NCBI GenBank assembly: GCA_963674695.2
Contig: CAXXGI010000001.1
Location: 128,001 to 192,000 of the forward strand
Reading direction: 5' to 3'
Source of the DNA: a bacterium
Lineage (GTDB): Bacteria; UBA10199; 2-02-FULL-44-16; JAAZCA01
DNA length: 64,000 nucleotides
Of the stretch, positions 42,123 through 49,876 are shown piece after piece. The notes beneath the pieces were generated by a model that saw only the letters and a program-made list of their open reading frames with translations, did no database searches and had not been told where the DNA came from. Within the stretch, counting starts at the first letter, position 1. Every line of letters starts with the position of its first letter. The translations under genes were made by a program, and so were the position numbers.

Positions 42123-42271
42123 CGCACACCCCGTTTTCCTCCCAAACCTCTCCGCTCGACTTGCCTTTCCCCCTCCTTTCTATTATCGACATTGAAGAGG
42201 CTGCGGTTGTGGCGCAGCGGCACTTATCGATAACCCGCGTTACCACCGATTTCACCGGCAGGAGATCACCG

Positions 42272-42850
42272 ATGCAACAGACCTTCTCTCTCATCGTCAA
42301 CGAGACGCAGCATGAGATCAGCTGCGAGCCGGATCGACTGCTCATCGATGTCCTGCGCGAGGATTTGCGGCTCACGGGGACGAAGAACGGCTGCGGCGTG
42401 GGTGTGTGCGGTTCCTGCACGGTCCTCATCGATGGGATCCCGAAGCGGGCGTGTCGGATGAAAATCAAAGACGTCGCCAACAAAAAAAATGAAGGACGAC
42501 CGATCCCTTCGGGATCTCGGACGAAGGACGAGGGACGAAAGAGCTCTTGCGTCCATCGTCCTAGCGAGCATTGCTCGGGAACGTCCATCGTCACCATCGA
42601 AGGTCTCGAGAAGGACGGCAACCTCCATCCGATCCAGCAGGCCTTTATCGACTGCGGCGCGATCCAGTGCGGCTTCTGCACGCCGGGGATGGTGCTCACG
42701 ACCAAGGCGCTCATCGACACAAACCCGAACCCGACGCGCGATGAGATCAAGAACGCGCTCAAAGGCAACCTCTGCCGCTGCACGGGCTATCAACAGATCT
42801 TCGAGGCCGTCGAGGAGGCGGCGAAGGTCATGCGCGGGCCATCGAAATAG
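42272..42850 (+). CDS. (2Fe-2S)-binding subunit (CoxS/XdhC-type) with an internal insertion
   Basis: GTKNGCGVGVCGSCTV, QCGFCTPG, GNLCRCTGY. Confidence 0.92.
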   Translation: MQQTFSLIVNETQHEISCEPDRLLIDVLREDLRLTGTKNGCGVGVCGSCTVLIDGIPKRACRMKIKDVANKKNEGRPIPSGSRTKDEGRKSSCVHRPSEHCSGTSIVTIEGLEKDGNLHPIQQAFIDCGAIQCGFCTPGMVLTTKALIDTNPNPTRDEIKNALKGNLCRCTGYQQIFEAVEEAAKVMRGPSK

Positions 42851-42853
42851 CCG

Positions 42854-43996
42854 ATGACGAAACGATCCTCTCCCATGCATCCCCTCGACGAAAAACGCAT
42901 CCGCTCCTTTCAGCGCCGGTTGCTGAATTGGTTCGCGCGCGAGGGGCGGGACCTGCCGTGGCGACGCACGCGCAACCCCTATCGCGTCTGGGTCTCGGAA
43001 GTGATGCTGCAGCAGACGCAGGTCGATCGCGTCATCGATTTCTACCATCGGTTTTTGAAGCGATTTCCGACGGTGACGAAGCTTGCCCGCGCCGAATGGG
43101 AGGAGGTCCTCGAATGCTGGCGCGGCCTGGGCTACTACGGCCGCGCGCGCAATATGATGAAGACCGCCCAGGCAGTGGCGATCGATCACCGCGGACGCTT
43201 TCCCCGCACCGCCGAGGCGCTGGAAGAACTCCCCGGCATCGGACCCTACACCGCGCGCTCGATCTCGGTCTTTGCCTTCGAGCAGGACCACCTGGTGCTC
43301 GATACGAACACCAGCCGCGTGATCGGACGCGTCTTCGGGTTTTGCGAGGAGAAGCTCAAGCTTCGCGACGCGCTGATGCAACACGCCGACGCCTTCGTCC
43401 CCAAGGGCAAGGCCTGGCCCTTCCACCAGGGCCTCATGGACCTGGGCGCGACGATCTGCACGGCAAAGCTGCCGCAGTGCGAATGTTGCCCAATGGCGAA
43501 TATCTGCACCTTTCTTGAGATCAGAGATACAAAACCCGAGATCCGAAACCGAAAATTGAAAACAACAGCCAAACGGATCACGTGTCACGTGTCACGTGTC
43601 ACGGAAGTCGCTGCCGCCGTCATCCATCGCGAAGGAAAGATCCTCGTGACAAATCGCCCACGCGGACACCTGAAGGGATACTGGGAATTCCCCGGGGGGA
43701 AACGGGAACGCGGCGAGGATTGGCGCCACTGCCTCAAACGCGAAATCCGCGAGGAGCTGGGCATCGAGGTCGCCGTGCGCCCACACGATTGGAAGGAGAC
43801 CTACGCCTATCCGGATCGCACCGTGCACACCCGCTTCCATCGCTGTTCGATCCTCACAGGCGACCCCACCCCACAGGAGGGGCAGCGAATTCGATGGGTG
43901 ACGCCGGAAACGCTGACCACGCTGCGCTTCCCACCCGCCGACAGAACCATCGTCAAAGCCCTCTCACAGGCCCGTTTCGTCGATCCACACCGATAG
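42854..43996 (+). CDS. mutY: A/G-specific adenine glycosylase MutY with a full C-terminal NUDIX (MutT-like) domain
   Basis: RDLPWR, VSEVMLQQTQV, GLGYY, HhH LPGIGPYTA, CX6CX2CX5C; intact Nudix box EFPGGKRERGEDWRHCLKREIREELG. Confidence 0.9.
   Translation: MTKRSSPMHPLDEKRIRSFQRRLLNWFAREGRDLPWRRTRNPYRVWVSEVMLQQTQVDRVIDFYHRFLKRFPTVTKLARAEWEEVLECWRGLGYYGRARNMMKTAQAVAIDHRGRFPRTAEALEELPGIGPYTARSISVFAFEQDHLVLDTNTSRVIGRVFGFCEEKLKLRDALMQHADAFVPKGKAWPFHQGLMDLGATICTAKLPQCECCPMANICTFLEIRDTKPEIRNRKLKTTAKRITCHVSRVTEVAAAVIHREGKILVTNRPRGHLKGYWEFPGGKRERGEDWRHCLKREIREELGIEVAVRPHDWKETYAYPDRTVHTRFHRCSILTGDPTPQEGQRIRWVTPETLTTLRFPPADRTIVKALSQARFVDPHR
43578..43603. repeat. Heptamer repeat (TCACGTG)n in the mutY interdomain linker
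   Basis: Reverse complement of the CGTGACA family; encodes TCHVSRVT. Confidence 0.8.
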
Positions 43997-44030
43997 AGCA
44001 TCAGGCGAGTCAGGCGAGACAAGCATATGA

Positions 44031-44108
44031 GCCGCCGCGAGGGGAAATGGGGTGCGTCTGGAACAAGCTTCATCTGTGAAGATGCACCCCATTTCCCCGG
44101 GAGGCGGC
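44031..44108. repeat. Structured hairpin repeat, copy 3
   Basis: Near-identical to 24823..24902; preceded by 2x CAGGCGAG(T/A). Confidence 0.85.
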
Positions 44109-44205
44109 ATCCAAACATACTCTTGGCTATGTTCAAAAAACCACGCAACTTTTTGGGGGAAATATGCGATAAGGGAGTAATTGCTATCACTTCAAGGAGG
44201 TCTTC

Positions 44206-44532
44206 ATGCGTACGCTTCTCGTCGCCGTCCTGCTCGTCTTCATCACCTCCCCCGCGTGGGCGAGCTGCCCCACCGGAGACACCATCGACATCCGCTGCAC
44301 CGACACGAGTGCGCGCTCCTATGTCGTGATCGGCCAGGTAGAGGGAAGCGATGCCGACCTCATGAAGGTAAAATGCCGCATGCGCGAAAACGCCTCGAAC
44401 ATGGGCGCGGACGCCGTGCTCAACTACGATGTGACGATGGGTTCGAGCACCACGCCCAGCACCGCAAAGGGCATCGCCGTGCGCTACGCCAAGCCCGGCG
44501 AGACGGGAACGTACTATCTTTCGGGGAAGTAG
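44206..44532 (+). CDS. Small exported protein (YbjQ/heavy-metal-binding-like fold possible)
   Basis: AAGGAGG RBS; signal peptide ending PAWA; MRENASNMGADAVL..AKGIAVRY. Confidence 0.65.
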   Translation: MRTLLVAVLLVFITSPAWASCPTGDTIDIRCTDTSARSYVVIGQVEGSDADLMKVKCRMRENASNMGADAVLNYDVTMGSSTTPSTAKGIAVRYAKPGETGTYYLSGK

Positions 44533-44550
44533 CAGTTCAGTTGTTACGTC

Positions 44551-44594
44551 TGTCATTCAGACTGGATCCCCGACTCAAGCTCTCGGGGATGACA
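44551..44594. repeat. Short REP-like palindrome between convergent genes
   Basis: TGTCATTC...ATCCCCGA...TCGGGGATGACA. Confidence 0.55.
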
Positions 44595-44601
44595 AGCGAC
44601 C

Positions 44602-45867
44602 TCAGAATCCATCGACGTCCAGTCTCTCACCCGCCACATAGGTCGCCTCGATCGCCTGGCCGTCGCCGCGGTACATGAGGAGCGAGAGGATCTCGTCGGT
44701 CGCCAGATCCGCCAAGCGGAAAGAGGGATCGATTCGCTCGACGGCGCAGATATTGAAATCCGCAAACATTCCCGCTTCGAGCGAGCCAACATCCCCCTCC
44801 ATCGACATGACGCGCGCGCCACCCTGGGTCGCCAACCAGAAAGTCTTGATCGGCGTCATCGTCGCATGCATCTGCGCATAGTCGGCGTGCCGCATCTCGG
44901 TGAAGATCGACATCGACGTCCCCGCACCGACATCCGTGCCCAGGGCATAGTCGACTCCCGCTGCCTCCACCTTGGCCGCCGGCATCGCTCCGCTCTTCAA
45001 GAAGAAGTTCGACGTCGGGCAGTGGGCGATCTTCGTCCCCGTCGCGGCAAGCCGAACGAACGCATCGTCGTTCAGGTGGATCGCATGCGCCAAAACCGTG
45101 CGCGCACCGAGGCAGTCCATATCCTCGAAGAGGGCGACGGAGTCGGCATATTGCGGATAGAGCTCGCGCACGCGCGCGTTCTCGCCCTCGGTCTCGGCGA
45201 TATGACTCTGCAGATACGCACCGGATTCGCGCGCAAGCCTTCCCACCTCGCGCAGGAGTTCGAGCGAACAGGTGGGGACGAACCGCGGCGTGAAGGCATA
45301 GCGCAGCCGTCCGCCCTCGGCGCCGTTCCACTTGGCGCACATACGTTCGCTCTCATTCAATGAATCGCTCGTCTTTTCGAGAAGTCCTGCAGGTGAATAC
45401 TGATCCATCATCACCTTCCCGATAAACCCGCGCACGCCGGCCGCACGCATGATCTCGAAACAGCGATCGGTCGCATCGGCATGGATCGAGGCATAGAGGC
45501 CCGCGGTCGTCGTCCCGTTGAGGATGAGTTTTTTGAAGAAACGGCGCGCGACATCCTCGACGACTTTCGGATCGGCGAAGGCCTTCTCCGCAGGAAAGAT
45601 GTAGCGGTCGAGCCAATCGAGCAGCGTGGCCCCGTGTTTGCCGCGACAGTCGAGCTGCGGAATATGGCTGTGCACGTCGACGAGCCCGGGAATGAGGAGA
45701 TGGCCGGAGAAATCCTCGACCGGGCCGGAGAACGCGCCGTCCCACGGCCCACAGGAGAGGATGCGCCCATCGCTGCCCACGACGAGAAGGCCGTCGGGGA
45801 TATCGACGACCGCATCGGGCGCGGTGGCGAAGAGGATCCGTGCGCGAAAGGCGCGCGTGGCAGCCAT
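44602..45867 (-). CDS. guaD: Guanine deaminase
   Basis: PGLVDVHSHIPQ, LLDWLDRYIFPAE, NGTTTA, TPRFVPTCS, QSHIAE, AHCPTSN, LGTDVGAG. Confidence 0.92.
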   Translation of the reverse strand: MAATRAFRARILFATAPDAVVDIPDGLLVVGSDGRILSCGPWDGAFSGPVEDFSGHLLIPGLVDVHSHIPQLDCRGKHGATLLDWLDRYIFPAEKAFADPKVVEDVARRFFKKLILNGTTTAGLYASIHADATDRCFEIMRAAGVRGFIGKVMMDQYSPAGLLEKTSDSLNESERMCAKWNGAEGGRLRYAFTPRFVPTCSLELLREVGRLARESGAYLQSHIAETEGENARVRELYPQYADSVALFEDMDCLGARTVLAHAIHLNDDAFVRLAATGTKIAHCPTSNFFLKSGAMPAAKVEAAGVDYALGTDVGAGTSMSIFTEMRHADYAQMHATMTPIKTFWLATQGGARVMSMEGDVGSLEAGMFADFNICAVERIDPSFRLADLATDEILSLLMYRGDGQAIEATYVAGERLDVDGF

Positions 45868-45869
45868 AT

Positions 45870-46076
45870 TCACTCGGGCTCCTTGTGCATCGCGGCCACG
45901 GCCTCGAGCAGCTCCTCCTCCTCGGCCGGCCGATCGGCGATGCGATAGCGCTCGGCCGCCCAATCGCCCAGGTCGATGAGTCGGCAGCGCCTCGAACAGA
46001 AGGGGCGATGCGGATTGTTCTCCCAAGCGGCGGGTTTGCGACAGTGTGGACAGCGATATTCGATGGAATCGTTCAT
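45870..46076 (-). CDS. yacG: DNA gyrase inhibitor YacG
   Basis: CPHC...[23 protein letters not shown]. Confidence 0.92.
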   Translation of the reverse strand: MNDSIEYRCPHCRKPAAWENNPHRPFCSRRCRLIDLGDWAAERYRIADRPAEEEELLEAVAAMHKEPE

Positions 46077-46179
46077 GGCCAAACGGCTTACCCCGTTCCC
46101 GAAGAAATGACAAGCCTCGGGGCCTGCCGGCGCGTTTCTTCTTGCCGCATGTGGCACACGCTGCTATCGCAGCGCCCAT

Positions 46180-46929
46180 ATGGAGAAGGGAATCCCCGCC
46201 GTTTCACTCATCATCCCGGCCCATAACGACCGCTTGCGCATGGCGGCTCGCGACGTCCTCGCACGCTATCATCGCGCGCTCGCCGATCGTTTCGGCGATG
46301 CCTTCGAAATGATCGTCGTTGCCAACGCTTGCCACGACGACACGGCACAATGGATCGATGAGCAGCGCCGAAATCTTTCGCACCTCCGCCAGATTGCGCT
46401 GCCGATACGCGGAAAGGGATCCGCCCTTATCGCCGGTTTTCGATCGGCCCGTGGCAACGCCATCGCCTTCGCTGATGCGGATGGAGCGGCATCTCCCCAC
46501 TCCCTCGTCGCCGTGATCAACGCCCTCGCTGACGCCGATGCCGTCATCGGCTCCCGCTACTCGGCCCACTCAACCCTCTCGCGTCGGCAACCTCCGGCGC
46601 GGCGCGCGATCGGCCGCGCTGCGCGACTCCTGATCCGCACGCTGTTCCCGTTCCGTTTCGACGATATGCTCTGCGGCTGCAAGGCCTTCCGCCGCGAAGC
46701 GATCGACGCCATCCTTCCGACGCTTTCCGAACCGTCGGCGGCCATCGACATCGACATCTTAGACGCGCTCACCCGCATGGGGTTCTCCATCCGCGAGGTG
46801 CCGATCCAGTGGGAGCACGTCGACTCATCGAAGATGGCGCTCCGAAAAATGCTGGGCTGGCCGTTCGCCCTCCTGCGCATTCGCTTCTCACAGAAACGCG
46901 CGCACAACCGCTGTCGAGACAACCGATGA
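46180..46929 (+). CDS. Glycosyltransferase family 2 (polyprenol-phosphate glycosyltransferase-like)
   Basis: SLIIPAHN, RGKGSAL..GF, FADADG, VIGSR, D.LCGCKAFRR, IREVPIQW. Confidence 0.88.
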   Translation: MEKGIPAVSLIIPAHNDRLRMAARDVLARYHRALADRFGDAFEMIVVANACHDDTAQWIDEQRRNLSHLRQIALPIRGKGSALIAGFRSARGNAIAFADADGAASPHSLVAVINALADADAVIGSRYSAHSTLSRRQPPARRAIGRAARLLIRTLFPFRFDDMLCGCKAFRREAIDAILPTLSEPSAAIDIDILDALTRMGFSIREVPIQWEHVDSSKMALRKMLGWPFALLRIRFSQKRAHNRCRDNR

Positions 46930-48464
46930 CGCCACCCTGCGACATTCCCGTGAATGCCGAGCGTTCGGAACACATCCGAAAGGGAGTCCTGTTCTTCATC
47001 CTCCTCGTCCTTCTCATCAACCTCGGTTTCTTCGCTCAGATGAGTGCCACCATCCTGCAATACCCTTATTCCATCGACGAGGTGGAGGGATCGACCTGGG
47101 CCTCGGTCGATTGGATGGATGAAATCGGGGCCTATCCGGATTATCTGCAGCATCCGTATATCCCCACCTCGTATCCGCCGCTCTTCTATGTCGCCACGCG
47201 CGCGATGGGGGTCGTCGCCGGAAACACGATGCTGGCGGGGAGGTTGGTGAGTCTGCTGGCCACGCTCGCGACGGCACTCGTCGTCGGCCTCTTCGTCCGC
47301 CGCTGGACACAAGACCGAATGCTCGCCCTCATCGGAGGGCTCCTGTTCCTGGCGGGCAATACCCCCTTCGCCTGGGGCATGCTCTATCGCGTCGATGCCC
47401 TGGCCACGCTCCTGACCGCGCTGGGGCTCTTCTTCGCATTGAGCCCCGGCCTCACCCGCCGACGAATTATCGTCGCCGCCCTCTTTTTCCTCGCCGCCTG
47501 GTTCACGAAACAGACCGCGCTCTTCGGCGCATGCACCGCCGCCGTTTATCTCCTCTGGGCAAGCTTCACCCACCGCGACGATCGGCAGCATCCCTCGCCC
47601 GCGTTTGTGATCGTCGTGATCGCCGCCACCATGCTCGCCGCCGGCGCCCTCATCGGCATCCTGCAGGCGACAACCCACGGCCGCTACTGGATGAACGCCT
47701 TCGGCCTGATGAGCAACCTCACCCATTTTTCATGGCAGCCGGGCGCCATGCTGACACAAGACTTCTTTCTCCTCTACACGCCGCTGATCTTTGCCGTCGC
47801 TTTCTTTCTCATCATCGAACAACGACGCATCCGACACGAAGCGCCCGCACTCCTCTTTCTGGGGGGCGGCCTCCTCTTCGTCATCGCCTGCCTCCCCATG
47901 ATGCTCTTTCGCGTCGGATCGAACACCAACTACTTCGTGCGCCCGCACCTCCTGCTCGTCCTCCTCGCGCCGATCGGAATCGCATGGTGTCGGCGAAAAT
48001 GGGCGCGCATGAGCATGGTCACCGCACCGTTCCTCTTCGTCCTGATCACACTTCCCTTCCCCGGGAATCCCATCAACGGATGGTCCTACGTCCCCTGGCA
48101 GATGAGCGCCGTCCTCGAAGAGGATCGCGCGGTGAAGGACGCGGTGGCCGAACGGATCTGCGCCGAAGAGGGGGAGGTTCTCTCCGACGACCTGTCCATT
48201 CCGCTCTCCTGCGGAAAGCGCGCGATCTTCGAACCCTTCCTCATGGACGAGCTGCGCCGCCGCGGCTTTTGGGATCCCAAACCGTTTGTCGCGGATGTCA
48301 CCGATGGGCGCTATCGCCTGGCGGCGTATTCCGGCCGCTTTCACTACGTCCCCTTCGTGCGGGATGCATTGACAACCCGCTACAAACCGATATTCATGGC
48401 CCAGACGCCGAAGCCCGTCTGGGATATCACCCAATGGAAGGTTCTCGAATGGAAACAGCCGTAA
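46926..48464 (+). CDS. Multi-pass membrane protein, GT-C-like glycosyltransferase
   Basis: DEVEG acidic loop, YPPLFY, GRLVS, YRVD, FTKQT; paralogue of 54374..55816. Confidence 0.7.
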   Translation: MTPPCDIPVNAERSEHIRKGVLFFILLVLLINLGFFAQMSATILQYPYSIDEVEGSTWASVDWMDEIGAYPDYLQHPYIPTSYPPLFYVATRAMGVVAGNTMLAGRLVSLLATLATALVVGLFVRRWTQDRMLALIGGLLFLAGNTPFAWGMLYRVDALATLLTALGLFFALSPGLTRRRIIVAALFFLAAWFTKQTALFGACTAAVYLLWASFTHRDDRQHPSPAFVIVVIAATMLAAGALIGILQATTHGRYWMNAFGLMSNLTHFSWQPGAMLTQDFFLLYTPLIFAVAFFLIIEQRRIRHEAPALLFLGGGLLFVIACLPMMLFRVGSNTNYFVRPHLLLVLLAPIGIAWCRRKWARMSMVTAPFLFVLITLPFPGNPINGWSYVPWQMSAVLEEDRAVKDAVAERICAEEGEVLSDDLSIPLSCGKRAIFEPFLMDELRRRGFWDPKPFVADVTDGRYRLAAYSGRFHYVPFVRDALTTRYKPIFMAQTPKPVWDITQWKVLEWKQP

Positions 48465-49828
48465 TCCCCTCGCCCTATGTCTGCGAACCGAAGGTCCCCC
48501 CCCTGGAGAACTACCTCAACCGGGTGGCGCGCAACCATGCCCGCATTCTCAATCACCTCCCGCTGCTGCGGCGAAAGATCGACATCGGCAAACGCCTGGG
48601 ACTCGTCGAACACGAGGGTCTCGCCCCGGCCACATTCGAAGCCAACATGGCCGCGCTCACACAACTCCAACACGACGAATGCACCGTATCGGAGATCCTG
48701 CCCGAACTTGCCGCTCGTGCGGGGTTCGGCGACGATCGCTCGGCCACACAGGAATACGCCTCGCTCGTCGATGAACTCACGCACGCCGGACACATCGAGC
48801 TGCACCCGACCGACATCTGCGATCACAAGTGCGTCGCCTGCTACTATGCCGACAAGGGGACGGCGACGATGCCGATCGAGAAGTTCGAGGAGATCCCCGC
48901 ACTCGTGCGCCCGCGCTCTATCGTCCTCGTCGGCGGCGGCGAACCCGGGCTCTACAAAAACGGCCCCCACCGTCTTGGCGACGCGATCGATCGCATTGTC
49001 TCGACCGACCGCAACATCCAGCTGGGCATGGTGACGAAGGGCACGAACATCCCACGTGGCGACTGGCAGCAATACCTCCAATGGATCCGCATCTCCTTCG
49101 ACGCCGCCACGCCCGACATGTTTGAAACGATGAAGAAGCGCGACGCCTTCGACCTGGTGCTGAAGAATTTCTTCTCCTATCTTTCGGGGCCCATCCCGCA
49201 CGTCGGCACGGGCTTCCTCTATTGCAGCGTGAACATTCATGAAACCGCAGCGTTTGCCGAGATGATCTATCGACAGGTGATGGAGCACGCGCCCGAACTC
49301 ATCTCCAAAGCAAACATCCAATACCGACCGCTGCGCCCCGCACCCGACTTTCCCGAGAAGCGCCGCAAGGGACACGTCGATCTGACCTGGCTCTGCCCCG
49401 ACGATCAGGTGCGCCGCGCCATCGCCGCATTCGAATCGCTCTACGAGCGCGACGAAGACATGCGCCTATTCCTGCAGACGGCAACCAACTGGCAGAAGGT
49501 CGGCGAGGGCAACGACATGCGCGCCAGCCGCCCCTTCGACCGTTGTTACTATTCGCTCCTCTTCCGACTCTATCGCCCCGACGGCGATGTCTTTCCCTGC
49601 TTCGTTCGCGTGAACGATCCCGCCTATCGACTGGGACAGGCATTCGGCCTGCCCGAGGAGGAGCGACTTCGGATCAATCTCGTCACCTTTCTCGCCTACA
49701 ACCGACAGCTGCCCTATTGCTGCCCGGAGCGCTGCCGAATGTGCTGGGTCAACCACCCCGCTGCCGAAGGTTTTCACGGACGGCTGTCGCCGCCCGAAGG
49801 CGATGCAGCCGAGAGTTCCTTTTTCTGA
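48449..49828 (+). CDS. Radical SAM protein with C-terminal auxiliary-cluster (SPASM/twitch-like) cysteines
   Basis: CDHKCVAC, VGGGEP, WIRISFDA; C-terminal CYY..DGDVFPC..CCPERCRMC. Confidence 0.88.
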   Translation: METAVIPSPYVCEPKVPPLENYLNRVARNHARILNHLPLLRRKIDIGKRLGLVEHEGLAPATFEANMAALTQLQHDECTVSEILPELAARAGFGDDRSATQEYASLVDELTHAGHIELHPTDICDHKCVACYYADKGTATMPIEKFEEIPALVRPRSIVLVGGGEPGLYKNGPHRLGDAIDRIVSTDRNIQLGMVTKGTNIPRGDWQQYLQWIRISFDAATPDMFETMKKRDAFDLVLKNFFSYLSGPIPHVGTGFLYCSVNIHETAAFAEMIYRQVMEHAPELISKANIQYRPLRPAPDFPEKRRKGHVDLTWLCPDDQVRRAIAAFESLYERDEDMRLFLQTATNWQKVGEGNDMRASRPFDRCYYSLLFRLYRPDGDVFPCFVRVNDPAYRLGQAFGLPEEERLRINLVTFLAYNRQLPYCCPERCRMCWVNHPAAEGFHGRLSPPEGDAAESSFF

Positions 49829-49868
49829 TCACGCTTCACGTGTCACGAGTTACGTGTCACGAGTCACG
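49829..49868. repeat. Heptamer repeat array (TCACGAG/TCACGTG family)
   Basis: About 6 degenerate copies filling the rSAM-asnB gap. Confidence 0.8.
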
Positions 49869-49876
49869 GGCTTTCT

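Noticed and set aside
46151-46170. Sigma54 promoter before the GT2 gene (TGGCACACGCTGCT)
   Set aside because: GG-to-GC spacing is 8 rather than the required 10
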